Shown here: piece by piece, positions 9,173-18,872 of the stretch
Layout of the letters: the number at the start of each line of letters is the position of its first letter
How positions within the stretch are numbered: the first letter of the stretch is position 1
NCBI GenBank assembly: GCA_963743635.1
Contig: CAVUQO010000003.1
Location: 96,001-160,000 of the forward strand
Reading direction: 5' to 3'
Origin: Candidatus Babeliales bacterium
GTDB lineage: Bacteria > Babelota > Babeliae > Babelales > Vermiphilaceae
DNA: 64,000 nucleotides
Position numbers and translations under genes: made by a program
Notes under the pieces: model-generated
The model's database searches: none
Told to the model about the DNA's origin: nothing
What the model saw: the letters and a program-made list of their open reading frames with translations, nothing else

Positions 9173-10687
9173 TCACTTTTTTTCTATTTTGTACTGCGTG
9201 GTTGTATAAGAATCTTGAGAGAAGATGGTGATTTTTACCCCATACATTTTTTCAAGCTCTAAAATTGCATTATATTCAGTAGAGGTGATGTATTCAAAAA
9301 TTTTCGGATGCACTTGGAGTGTTAACTCTTTAAGCTTTGCGTTTGCCTTGAGATCTTTTTTGATTTGCCGCAGCATTTCATAAGATTCAATTTGTAGGGA
9401 TTTGACAAATCCATATCCTCTACAAACAGAGCAATTTTCCGTGAGCTGTTGCACCAGTGTTTTGCCAGATCGCTTACGCGTCATTTGCACGAGACCAAAC
9501 TCTGATATCTTGAGCACCACCGATTGGAATTTATCCCGCTCGCGCAGCGTTTTTTCGAAAAATTTAAACAATTTTTGCTTGTTGGCATGACTTGTCATAT
9601 CAACGAAGTCAATAACAATGAGTCCACCAATATTACGCAGACGCAATTGCCGCACTACTTCTTCAGCCGCTTCAATGTTATTTTTAAATATGGTTTCTTC
9701 CATATTTGCTTTACCAATGAATTTGCCCGTGTTCACGTCAATAACGGTCATCGCTTCGGTTGTCTCAATAATAAGAGATCCACCCGATTTGAGTTCTGCG
9801 CGGCGGTGCAAAGCTTCTTCAATCTGTCTTTCAACATTGAAATGATCGAATATTCCCGCGACGCCTTCATACAAGATCACCTTGTGTGTATATTCAGGCG
9901 CAGTATTTTTGATGAATTTATAAATTTTATTTTGATTCTCTTTATCATCCGTAATAATTGATTCCACGTCATCATCAAGATGATCGCGCACTATTTGGAG
10001 TGATATTTCAAGATCCTCATGAAGCATTTCTGCGACCGCAGCTTTTTCAAACTTCTTTAGAATAGCGTCCCATGTATCAAGGAGATAACGAATATCTTTA
10101 TTGATTTCTTGAGCTTCTGCTGATGCAGAGGTGGTACGAATGATAGCGCCCATTCCCTCAGGTAATGCCGCTTTAACGAGGTCTCTCAAGCGTGCTCGTT
10201 CATCGCGATCTTCTATTTTCTTAGAAATACCTATACGAGGAATATTGGGCATGAGCACAATGAATCGCCCTGGAAGCGTAAAGCAAGTGGTAAGTTTGGC
10301 CCCTTTTTCATAAATGGGCTCCTTATTTACTTGAACAAGGACGCTTTCGCCTTCCTTGAATATCTTGCTAATATCAGGCGAAACACGCACTCGTGGCTTT
10401 TTCTTAGGCTGTTCATCATCAAGCTGAGTTGTTTTGCTAATGCGTTCGATCGCAAGTTCTCTATCAACCTCTGAAATATGCAGAAAGCCTGATTTTTCCT
10501 GACCAATATCCACAAAGGCGGTTTGAATGCCAGGGAGGAGCTTGGTTATTTTGCCTTTAAAAAAGGCGCGTTCAAGGCTGGTTGTAGCATGGTCGGAGAA
10601 GTAAACGTTCTGTAGAACGTCTTCCGTCATAATTGCTATTCGTGTTTGCCAGCTGTTTTTATTTATTATTATCTTTTTCACCGTCAT
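9173..10687 (-). CDS. rng: Ribonuclease E/G family, catalytic region only (RNase G-like)
   Basis: AFVDIG..GFLH, IDVNTG, LRLRNIGGLIVIDF, GLVQMTRKR, CxxC Zn-link; 504 aa with no long C-terminal scaffold. Confidence 0.93.
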   Translation of the reverse strand: MTVKKIIINKNSWQTRIAIMTEDVLQNVYFSDHATTSLERAFFKGKITKLLPGIQTAFVDIGQEKSGFLHISEVDRELAIERISKTTQLDDEQPKKKPRVRVSPDISKIFKEGESVLVQVNKEPIYEKGAKLTTCFTLPGRFIVLMPNIPRIGISKKIEDRDERARLRDLVKAALPEGMGAIIRTTSASAEAQEINKDIRYLLDTWDAILKKFEKAAVAEMLHEDLEISLQIVRDHLDDDVESIITDDKENQNKIYKFIKNTAPEYTHKVILYEGVAGIFDHFNVERQIEEALHRRAELKSGGSLIIETTEAMTVIDVNTGKFIGKANMEETIFKNNIEAAEEVVRQLRLRNIGGLIVIDFVDMTSHANKQKLFKFFEKTLRERDKFQSVVLKISEFGLVQMTRKRSGKTLVQQLTENCSVCRGYGFVKSLQIESYEMLRQIKKDLKANAKLKELTLQVHPKIFEYITSTEYNAILELEKMYGVKITIFSQDSYTTTQYKIEKK

Positions 10688-10852
10688 CCCATCTAGATGT
10701 TGCCTTAGACATTTTTTCTGGTACGCTTAGGCATCATATGTAATATACTGCATATTGTAGGTAATGGGTAGAAGATTGCAAAAAAATATGCTAGATTCCC
10801 TTAAAATCTGAGAATTAAGTCAAAAATTTACGCAAAAAGAAAGGAAACTCCT

Positions 10853-11497
10853 ATGAAGAGTCAATATCTTCCTCTGGTACTTTTAAGCTGTATCGTCCTT
10901 GCGGGATGCGGTGGCAAAGACAAAAAAAAGAAAATGGACACCAAAAAAGGTAAACACGAAATGTCAACGCAGGTGGACATCGAAACAGCTGGCACTGAGT
11001 CAGGATTCCTGTTTGACGATCTCAACAATGAATTCGTAAAATTAGACGATAATATCGAAGCTGAAGCTAATGTCTTAAACAATGATGAATTTGACTGGCT
11101 TGAAGAAGAAGATGTTCTAGCGAATGAAGACTTTAAGGTAGTTCGCTTTGATTTTGATAAAGCAAGCATTCGCCCAGACCAAGAACCTCTTGTAGTGCGC
11201 AATATTGACCTTGCAAAAACGCTTCTTGATGAAGGCACAGCAGAAGAAGTCACTATCGTAGTTGACGGCCACGCATGCAGTTCAGCAGGTTCACGCGCTT
11301 ACAACTTGGCTCTTTCTGAAAAACGTGCCAAAGTCTTACGTGACCGCTTTGTAGCTGCAGGTATTCCGGCTGAAAAGCTCAAGATCGTTGCTCGTGGGTC
11401 TGAAGTTCCTGTTGTGATCAATGGTCAGCCAGTAACTGGTGATCGTGTAGCTCAGGCTCCAAATCGCCGCGACGAAGTACGCATCATCTATAGCTAA
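10853..11497 (+). CDS. OmpA-family peptidoglycan-associated lipoprotein (Pal-like)
   Basis: Lipobox LAGC; FDFDK, GHA, YNLALSEKRA, NRR motifs. Confidence 0.9.
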   Translation: MKSQYLPLVLLSCIVLAGCGGKDKKKKMDTKKGKHEMSTQVDIETAGTESGFLFDDLNNEFVKLDDNIEAEANVLNNDEFDWLEEEDVLANEDFKVVRFDFDKASIRPDQEPLVVRNIDLAKTLLDEGTAEEVTIVVDGHACSSAGSRAYNLALSEKRAKVLRDRFVAAGIPAEKLKIVARGSEVPVVINGQPVTGDRVAQAPNRRDEVRIIYS

Positions 11498-11521
11498 GCT
11501 ATAATGAATATAAAAAACCTA

Positions 11522-11552
11522 AAAAGCTCGCCCTAACCGGCGGGCTTTTTTG
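11522..11552 (+). terminator. Intrinsic terminator
   Basis: AAGCTCGCC-loop-GGCGGGCTTTTTT. Confidence 0.8.
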
Positions 11553-11555
11553 TTT

Positions 11556-11936
11556 CCCGTACCCATTCGATACCTTCGCGAAGCTCAGTACTCAGGGCGA
11601 ACGGGGAATGGAGATTTTGTTAAAACACTAGGTTTTTTCATATGAATTTATTCATGTTTTTTCCTTTAATAATGCTTAATCTAACTGAAGATTCCCATCC
11701 CCGTTCGTCCCTAGTAGCCCGCAAGGGCGTAACGCGGGGTATAAGGGGAATACAAATTTTGCACACTGTTTAAAACAGGAAGTTACAGATTCATTTATAT
11801 ATTCCTTTAAAAAGGGGCCTGCCCGGCGTCCTTCGATCCTTCACGTAGTTCAGGCCTCAGGATGCACGGGTTATATGATGGGGCGTGCCCTGCGTAGCTT
11901 GCCAAGTCTGAAGACCCGGATAAGCGAAGCATGGGT
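11556..11936. repeat. Cluster of palindromic repeats (family B inverted doublet plus family A)
   Basis: CCCGTACCC...GGGCGAACGGGG at about 11556 and inverted CCCCGTTCGTCCC...GGGTATAAGGG at about 11699; further hairpins 11815-11936. Confidence 0.65.
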
Positions 11937-11991
11937 TGACGTTCCTTAATATATGCCATATTCTATAATAGAAATATATGTAAGGAATTGA

Positions 11992-13284
11992 ATGAATATT
12001 ATAAAGAATTATTATCAGTGGATTGTAGCGGTAGTGGTCGTGTTAGCGGTCTGTTTAGGCTGCTATTTTAGCTTTAAACTTCAGCCAAAGCCAGAGTCAG
12101 TGGTGGTCGCCAAAGCTAAAAAAGATTCCAAGATAATCACCGTTTTTATCCATGGATCCCTGTATCCGGATGAATCCTTTATTGATATTGTTTCCTTATC
12201 AGATCTCAATACGATCCTTTTTGATACCGTCGAAGACGATTCTGAGTATGTTAAATCATTAAAGCGGGCTCGATCGAACCCTGCAAGCTGCGGCGAACAG
12301 ATTATGTTGGCTGAAGGCTTACAGGAGATTCATGATAGCCATATAGCTCAACTGTGTGATTTTGAAGATACTGCCATTGAATCCATTCCTGACGCAAAAC
12401 CTCAAGAACATCATTGCAGTTGTTGCCATAAGGCGGCTGCACACCCAACCCCTAAGAAAAAACGCGTCTCAAAAGATACTCGCGCAGCCCATTATGCCAT
12501 TGCTTGTTATAGTGCGCTTATGGATAACCTCTTTCCGACTGATGACACTAGTTATTACACTTTTGGTCATTTAGGCGTCTTGAGCCATCGCTATCGAGAA
12601 GCAGTAGCCAAAACATTCTATCAAGAGCTTCTTAAAAAGGTGCGGCATGCGCAAGAAGAGTATGATAACGTAAAAGTTATCATCGTTGCCCATAGTCATG
12701 GCGGCACAATCTCGCTTAACATGGCGGCCGTAGAAAATGAGCTTAAAAAAGGTTTAATCATTGATGAGCTTATTTTATTTGGCACACCTCTGCAGCCTGA
12801 GACGGCACCATACGCAGCTCATCCAATGTTTAAACGCGTGATGAATTGTTATTCACTCGGTGACACGGTGCAAGGCTGCGATGTATTGACGACTGCATCG
12901 CGCAAATGCCATAACACTTTCTCATCTACCGAAGTAGTTAATCTCCAATCGGGGAAAATTTATGACATTCAACTCATTGTGAACGATGATACTCATGCAG
13001 TTACCCATGCAAAAATGTGGTATATCGATCCAAAAGATAAAAATAGTTCTCACGTAGATCCATTGCCATATGCCGTTATGGCACCTGCAATAATGGCAGC
13101 ATTGGATGCGGAAGATTTTGGATCTTCAGTCCAAGCATTCATTCAATCAAAGGATGACCATTTAGCGGTTGAGGTGAAAGATGCGCGTCTAAACGATCTG
13201 CAATACCTTTCCCCAAACACGTATGACATCGTTGCTAAAATGCGCGATCGCGCGGTATCACATATTACGCGCGAACATGCATAG
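11992..13284 (+). CDS. Membrane-anchored alpha/beta hydrolase (lipase-like)
   Basis: N-terminal TM helix, VFIHG oxyanion motif, nucleophile elbow AHSHGG, LFGTP. Confidence 0.7.
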   Translation: MNIIKNYYQWIVAVVVVLAVCLGCYFSFKLQPKPESVVVAKAKKDSKIITVFIHGSLYPDESFIDIVSLSDLNTILFDTVEDDSEYVKSLKRARSNPASCGEQIMLAEGLQEIHDSHIAQLCDFEDTAIESIPDAKPQEHHCSCCHKAAAHPTPKKKRVSKDTRAAHYAIACYSALMDNLFPTDDTSYYTFGHLGVLSHRYREAVAKTFYQELLKKVRHAQEEYDNVKVIIVAHSHGGTISLNMAAVENELKKGLIIDELILFGTPLQPETAPYAAHPMFKRVMNCYSLGDTVQGCDVLTTASRKCHNTFSSTEVVNLQSGKIYDIQLIVNDDTHAVTHAKMWYIDPKDKNSSHVDPLPYAVMAPAIMAALDAEDFGSSVQAFIQSKDDHLAVEVKDARLNDLQYLSPNTYDIVAKMRDRAVSHITREHA

Positions 13285-13473
13285 GCGCTAAAATTAAAGC
13301 CTTTCGTAAAAATACCCTCGTGGATCCCACGTATCTAACTGGTATACAAGCACGGGTATAATCGTTACGGCAATCGCAGCAATTATGATCAATGTTTTTT
13401 TGCTCAAAGTTTTGCCCGTGAGTGATTAAGGACCATGTAAAAAGAGGCTGCGCAAATGCAAGAAGATGGTGAC

Positions 13474-14607
13474 TTACTGATTACTCAAGATCTGAGTGAT
13501 CGCCGCATGAATAGTCTTATTAATATCATCTTTTTTGCGGGCTTTCATTCTCTCTTTCATGCTGTTTAGTGTTGTCGGGGATTCAACGAGTTCGTTGATA
13601 ATGCGGTAAATGTCATCGACGCTGTTTGCAACGATGCCAATTTTCTGCGCCGTCAGATAGTGCACATTAAACTGTTCCCAGGTGAGTGATCGGCCAAAGC
13701 GGGCGATAATCATAGGCACATTCATTTGAAGTGCTTCAGCAACGGAGTTAGATCCTGATTTGGTGATAAAGATATCCGCAATTGCCATTAAATCGGAAAT
13801 ATTTTTTGTGAATCCAATAACTTCCGTGGTGATATGGGGCGGGAAGGCGAGCGCTTGAATCTTTTCTGCCATTGATGCATTTTGTCCGGCACAAAAGAGT
13901 ATGTGGCAAGGTTTTTTTATTTTTTCTACATGCGCGGCAATATGGTATGTATTTTCAGATCCCATTGCGCCGAGCAGAATCATGATAACGGGAACATTTT
14001 CCGGAATATGGCGTTCTTTTTTGAGGACGCTCGGATCTTTGTGATCAAAAAAAGCGGAACGTATGACAAAACCGGTATGGATAATCTGGCTTTGCTTGAT
14101 GCCTTTATTAAGTATGTATTGATCTATTTTTGGATCGCGTATTGTCTGCGCAAAATAAAATTTGGGGTATGTTGGATTGTGAATGCCATAGAGGAAGGTG
14201 CGTGGGTCGAAATCCACCGGTATTAAAAAGAAGGGGATATTGAGTGCTTTGGCGGCATCAATAATGGCATCATTCACCAACGGGGTGACCGAGATAACGC
14301 AATCAGGTTTATATTTGGCGAGTGTTTTTTTTATGCACCATGCGTTAAATGGTCTGATGATTTTAAAGGTGCATCGCACTATGAAATTGCACGTATTTAA
14401 AAAGAGAATATGCTGCCGTTTGAGGGCATCGTTATAGAAATCGGTGCAATAATAGCGGTTTGGAATGATGGCGAATTTGATCACATCTTTAAAGATGTTG
14501 AGAATGGTAATATCATATTCAGTGCCCAAATAAGAATCGAGCGCTTGTGATGCAGCAGTATGTCCGCCGCCTGCAGTTATGGTGAAAATAAGTAATTTCT
14601 TTTTCAT
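13474..14607 (-). CDS. Diacylglycerol glycosyltransferase (MGDG synthase/UgtP-like, GT28)
   Basis: GGGHTAAS, GFT..I..LM..AD.FITKSG motifs. Confidence 0.85.
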   Translation of the reverse strand: MKKKLLIFTITAGGGHTAASQALDSYLGTEYDITILNIFKDVIKFAIIPNRYYCTDFYNDALKRQHILFLNTCNFIVRCTFKIIRPFNAWCIKKTLAKYKPDCVISVTPLVNDAIIDAAKALNIPFFLIPVDFDPRTFLYGIHNPTYPKFYFAQTIRDPKIDQYILNKGIKQSQIIHTGFVIRSAFFDHKDPSVLKKERHIPENVPVIMILLGAMGSENTYHIAAHVEKIKKPCHILFCAGQNASMAEKIQALAFPPHITTEVIGFTKNISDLMAIADIFITKSGSNSVAEALQMNVPMIIARFGRSLTWEQFNVHYLTAQKIGIVANSVDDIYRIINELVESPTTLNSMKERMKARKKDDINKTIHAAITQILSNQ

Positions 14608-14696
14608 AGTATATCCTAACGAACTCGCCGAACAATTTTAGCTCTTTTAAGATAGTACGCGCGACCAGAATATAGCAATAAGATGAAAGGCTCGCG

Positions 14697-16085
14697 TTAT
14701 TTTCCGACGCAAAATTCTTTGAAGATTGCGTTCATGCCTTCTTCACTGATCGATTTTCCGGTCAGTTCGCTGACGTGAGCGAGGGCATCATTAAGATGAT
14801 AGGAAAGGATTTCATACTGAATGGTATCGGCAATAATGGTTTCGATTTCGAGCAGTTTGTGCTCAAGCTCCATTAACAAACTAAATTGACGTTTGTTGAG
14901 TAAAAATGGCGCATCGTGGGTAGATGAAAGGCTGGCGATCTTTTGCTCAATGAGCGATTCAAGTTGCGCAATGGTTTCAGGCTGGTGCGCGGAGATGCGC
15001 AATGCGGGCTCGCACGATAAGTTTCGGGCAATAATGTTCCCTTGATCTGCTTTATTTTCGATTAACAGCAATTTAGTGCCATATGATTGAATGAGTTGTT
15101 GATAGACGTCGTGCTCTTCTTGGGAAAGTGGGCGTGTGCTATCGCATACCAGAAGGATCACGTCGGCAGTTTGGGATTCAATAAATGATCGTTTGATTCC
15201 TTCTTGCTCAATTTCATCATCGGTGGTGCGTAGACCTGCGGTGTCCACAAAGGTCCAATAAATGCCATCTTTGTAGAGCGCATCTTCAAGTACGTCGCGC
15301 GTAGTTCCCGCTTTGCTCGTGACGATTGCGCGTTGTTTATCGAGCAATGCATTGAAAATGGATGATTTGCCGGCATTGACCGAACCGAGTAATGCAACGC
15401 GAAAACCTTGTTTGATTTGCTGTTGATGACTATAGGTTTTTTTTACCGCGGTAATCATAGCGAGGACTGATTGAAGCGCAGCTCTAATTTGCGCATCAAA
15501 GGTGATTTCTTCGTCAATAAATTCAAAACTTGCTTCGGCAAAAGCGAGCATGCGAAACAGTTCTTTTTCTATTTTCACTGACCACTCAGAGAGGCTCCCT
15601 TTGAGCTGGGAGAGTGATTTTTTCAGTGCGCGCGGCGTTTGCGCGTGAATGATATCGTTAATTGCTTCTGCTTGCAGGAGGTCTACCTTTTCATTGAGCA
15701 CGGCTCGTTTGGTAAATTCGCCCTCTTGCGCAAGGCGTGCACCATGATGGATTGCAAGTTCGATAATCTGATCGATGATGAATTGATTGTTGTGGCAGGT
15801 AATTTCCACGACGTCTTGGCCGGTGAAGGTAGCAGGCGCATGCATTACAATCAACATAACTTGATCGACCCTAGCGCCCTGAGGATCAACGATCCACCCA
15901 TAATGAATGGTATGAGTCGGTACGTCTTGCACCGTTTGTTTTGATGCAAGTTTACTCATCGCGGACGAAATCGCACGCACACGCACTCCAGACATTCGGA
16001 GCAGTGCGAGAGCGCCTGACCCCTTGGGCGTGCATTGTGCGATGATTGTTTCATCGTCATGACTTTGAAGTAATGTCCCGTTCAT
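14697..16085 (-). CDS. mnmE: tRNA modification GTPase MnmE
   Basis: GSVNAGKSS, GTTRD, DTAG, NKAD, C-terminal FCVGK. Confidence 0.97.
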   Translation of the reverse strand: MNGTLLQSHDDETIIAQCTPKGSGALALLRMSGVRVRAISSAMSKLASKQTVQDVPTHTIHYGWIVDPQGARVDQVMLIVMHAPATFTGQDVVEITCHNNQFIIDQIIELAIHHGARLAQEGEFTKRAVLNEKVDLLQAEAINDIIHAQTPRALKKSLSQLKGSLSEWSVKIEKELFRMLAFAEASFEFIDEEITFDAQIRAALQSVLAMITAVKKTYSHQQQIKQGFRVALLGSVNAGKSSIFNALLDKQRAIVTSKAGTTRDVLEDALYKDGIYWTFVDTAGLRTTDDEIEQEGIKRSFIESQTADVILLVCDSTRPLSQEEHDVYQQLIQSYGTKLLLIENKADQGNIIARNLSCEPALRISAHQPETIAQLESLIEQKIASLSSTHDAPFLLNKRQFSLLMELEHKLLEIETIIADTIQYEILSYHLNDALAHVSELTGKSISEEGMNAIFKEFCVGK

Positions 16086-16152
16086 ATAACCCCACATTGA
16101 TAGTCAGGTATCGACTTATTTATATCTTTATTTATTAAATTATCGCCTACTC

Positions 16153-16320
16153 ACCGTTCGCCCAGAGGTTTTTTCGGACCGCAGGGAGAAAAATAGCGAG
16201 GGGTGCAAACTAAAATTGTTATACACCTATTTCGTAGACTAATCAGGACTTAATTTATTCCCGTACCCACTCGCTATTTTTCGCTCCTCGCGGATCGAAA
16301 AAACCTCTGGGCGAACGGGA
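16153..16320. repeat. Inverted doublet of family B repeat (REPIN-like)
   Basis: CCGTTCGCCCAGAGGTTTTTTCG and its exact reverse complement CGAAAAAACCTCTGGGCGAACGG enclose an AT-rich spacer. Confidence 0.8.
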
Positions 16321-16474
16321 AATGGATATCCTGAGTGTTGAGTTTTTGCTATGACGCGCATGTTTGGGTCAGTAGGACACAAAGCAGAATATTATAATTT
16401 TAATTATTCTGTTGCGCCTATTCAGATGGCAGCCCCGACATAGCAAAACACTTCGAAGTAATGACGTAGATGGA

Positions 16475-17545
16475 TCACGATGGACTGTGTAACACAACCT
16501 TAAGCCCACGGAATTGTTTTTTCAATTTCGTGCGGAGCATTTGCATAATGAGATATGCGCAGCTTCTAAAGAGTTGTTGCTCTAAGGCCTTCGTTTCTCG
16601 TACTGGCTTATCAAATGATACCGTCAAATAGTAGCGTTTCGGTTCGAGTGTGAATGAAATATCGCCGCAGTTAAGATTCTTGACTAAGGTGTCGATCCAT
16701 GCGCGGGTGATTTCTACCATTTCTTCGGTCCAGAATATTTTTTCAGGAGCATTTGATTCAGCTGATTCAAACTCGCGTTCTTTTGGCGCTGTTTGATGTG
16801 ATTCATAGTCACCTGCAGGAGCGGCAGGTCTTGGAGTTTGTTCTCGGCGAACTAGTTCACGCACCATTGGCTCACGACGTTCTTGAGGTTCGCGCGGTTC
16901 ACGTGCTTCACGAGGCTCGCGGGGTTCGCGACGCTCTTGAGCTTCACGCGGTTCGCGGCGTTCTCGAATTTCACGATGTTCGCTACGCTCGCGAGGTTCA
17001 CGTTGTTCGCGCTCGCGTGGCTCACGCACTACCGGTTCTCGATATTCGCGCGTCTCTCTTGATTCGCGTGGTTCACGCGGTTCGCGGACCATTGGTTCTC
17101 GATATTCACGTGTTTCTCGTGATTCACGAGGCTCGCGCGGTTCACGACGTTCGTGTTGTTCGCGCGATTCACGGTACTCGCGTCCTTCGCGTTCGCGTGG
17201 CTCTCTATATTCACGAGGCTCGCGCGATTCGCGTGGTGATGACTCATAGCGTGATGATTCTTTGCGGGCTGATTCTTTAGGATGTGTACTGAAAACTGGC
17301 TGTTCTGATGGATGCGCAGTTGGTTTGTGCCGAGCCGCATGTTCTTTTTGCTCTTTATAAGATAATTTTTTTTCAACATGCTTAAAAAAGAGACCAATTT
17401 TAGCTGACTTGGTAACCATCCCGAAAAAGTTCTTTTCAGGTTCTTCGAAAACTTTGACTGAAAATTCGTGCGGTTTTTCAGCGCGAATCCATGCTGCTTC
17501 TATAGCTTTAGCAATAGATGAAGCTTCTTCCATTATTGATTTCAT
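16475..17545 (-). CDS. jag: Jag/EloR(KhpB)-like protein with long R/E/P repeat region
   Basis: N-terminal Jag_N pattern (SIAKAIE.A...V.V.EEP.K.FFG); immediately upstream of mnmE; no R3H motif seen. Confidence 0.75.
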   Translation of the reverse strand: MKSIMEEASSIAKAIEAAWIRAEKPHEFSVKVFEEPEKNFFGMVTKSAKIGLFFKHVEKKLSYKEQKEHAARHKPTAHPSEQPVFSTHPKESARKESSRYESSPRESREPREYREPREREGREYRESREQHERREPREPRESRETREYREPMVREPREPRESRETREYREPVVREPREREQREPRERSEHREIRERREPREAQERREPREPREAREPREPQERREPMVRELVRREQTPRPAAPAGDYESHQTAPKEREFESAESNAPEKIFWTEEMVEITRAWIDTLVKNLNCGDISFTLEPKRYYLTVSFDKPVRETKALEQQLFRSCAYLIMQMLRTKLKKQFRGLKVVLHSPS

Positions 17546-17752
17546 AGAGTGTGTGCCTTTTAACGTTAAAATTTTTTATGGGTAATTAAGTACCGGTATA
17601 GTTGTAATTCTAGAACCGTAACGCCTTTTTGCGTATTGGTAAAGCTGTGAATCTGTTGTATGAATTTCCCGATCCGTCTACGCTTATCCGGGCCTTCCGG
17701 CTCGGCAAGCTGCGTCGTGACTATGATGATGCCGAATAAGGCGGACTGGCCT

Positions 17753-17949
17753 GCCATTCATTTTTATCGGCTGCGAAGAAGATTTTCACCTTACGAGGAT
17801 TGAAAAATGAATGACTTGTCAAAAAACTCTGTATCGCTTTCTCTCAGCAGGGTTCTTTTTGTGAATATACCTTAAAAGAGAATGGCTCGCCATTCATTTT
17901 TATCGGCTGCGAAGAAGATTTTCACCTTACGAGGATTGAAAAATGAATG
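17753..17949. repeat. Two identical 61-bp hairpin units downstream of tRNA-Gly
   Basis: 17753..17813 equals 17889..17949; each has CATTCATTTTT...AAAAATGAATG arms. Confidence 0.9.
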
Positions 17950-18023
17950 GAGCGGGAGACGGGATTCGAACCCGCGACCTTTGCCTTGGCAAGGCAACGC
18001 TCTACCAACTGAGCTACTCCCGC
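17948..18023 (-). tRNA. tRNA-Gly(GCC)
   Basis: 76-nt cloverleaf GCGGGAG...CTCCCGCTCCA, anticodon loop TT-GCC-AA, T-loop TTCGAAT, encoded CCA. Confidence 0.98.
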
Positions 18024-18180
18024 AATGCCGATATATGCTTGCACTGATAACTCTTAAAAGGTACCATTGGTGCTGAATTTGTCAATATTCAAACACGAGA
18101 ATTAGCTGTTTTTTATAGCTTATTGGCATATGAGTTCGAGATAATAAGAGGCAATACCCGTTTTTTGAGGTTAGATTTCG

Positions 18181-18780
18181 ATGATTCACATGATAACCGG
18201 AGTGATTAAAGCTCAGTATGATCAGTCTTTAATGGTCGATATTGGATCGATGGGATTACTTATTCAGGTTCCCCAGGGTTCGGGATTTCAGGTTGGCAGC
18301 ACGGTTTCTCTTCATACCTATCTGCATTGGAATCAGGAGCAAGGGCCGAGTATGTTCGGATTTGCCACCGATATTGAGCGGGAGGTATTCCTTTTAATTA
18401 TATCGTGTTCCGGTATTGGGCCTAAAATTGGCCTAGCGGTACTTGCCCAGATCGGAGCTCAGTCCTTTATACGTGCGGTGCAGCAGGAAGATATTGCCGC
18501 TTTGAGTAAGGTGAGTGGCATTGGGGGTAAAAAAGCGGAGCAGATTATCGTACAACTCAAGCATAAAGTAGCTCATCTCATTAAATTGGGTGTTCAGCTG
18601 GATGTCGGGGGCGATAGTGAATCATGGCATACCATTGGAGAGGTTCTTGGATCGCTGAATTACTCACGTACTGAAATCAATCAGGCGATGAAACATTTGC
18701 AGCAGGAGTATAATAGTACTCAGCTTCCCTTTGACCAGCTTATGCGCCACGCGCTATCTTTTTTATCGAAAAAACCGTAA
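18181..18780 (+). CDS. ruvA: Holliday junction branch migration protein RuvA
   Basis: OB fold, two HhH motifs SGIGPK and SGIGGKKAE.I..QLK, C-terminal L.SL.Y. Confidence 0.93.
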   Translation: MIHMITGVIKAQYDQSLMVDIGSMGLLIQVPQGSGFQVGSTVSLHTYLHWNQEQGPSMFGFATDIEREVFLLIISCSGIGPKIGLAVLAQIGAQSFIRAVQQEDIAALSKVSGIGGKKAEQIIVQLKHKVAHLIKLGVQLDVGGDSESWHTIGEVLGSLNYSRTEINQAMKHLQQEYNSTQLPFDQLMRHALSFLSKKP

Positions 18781-18872
18781 GATAAATTCATTAAAAAATG
18801 TTTAAAAATGACTATTTTGTACACGGTTATGGGAGTATAAAGTAGTCATTATTTTGTAAGTTTAGGAATTGT

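Noticed and set aside
16753..17397. Alternative-frame ORFs within jag
   Set aside because: By-products of the low-complexity REPRE repeat
17753..17949. CRISPR array or prophage att site at tRNA-Gly
   Set aside because: Only two 61-bp units, no cas or integrase gene, and the distal copy does not duplicate the tRNA 3' end
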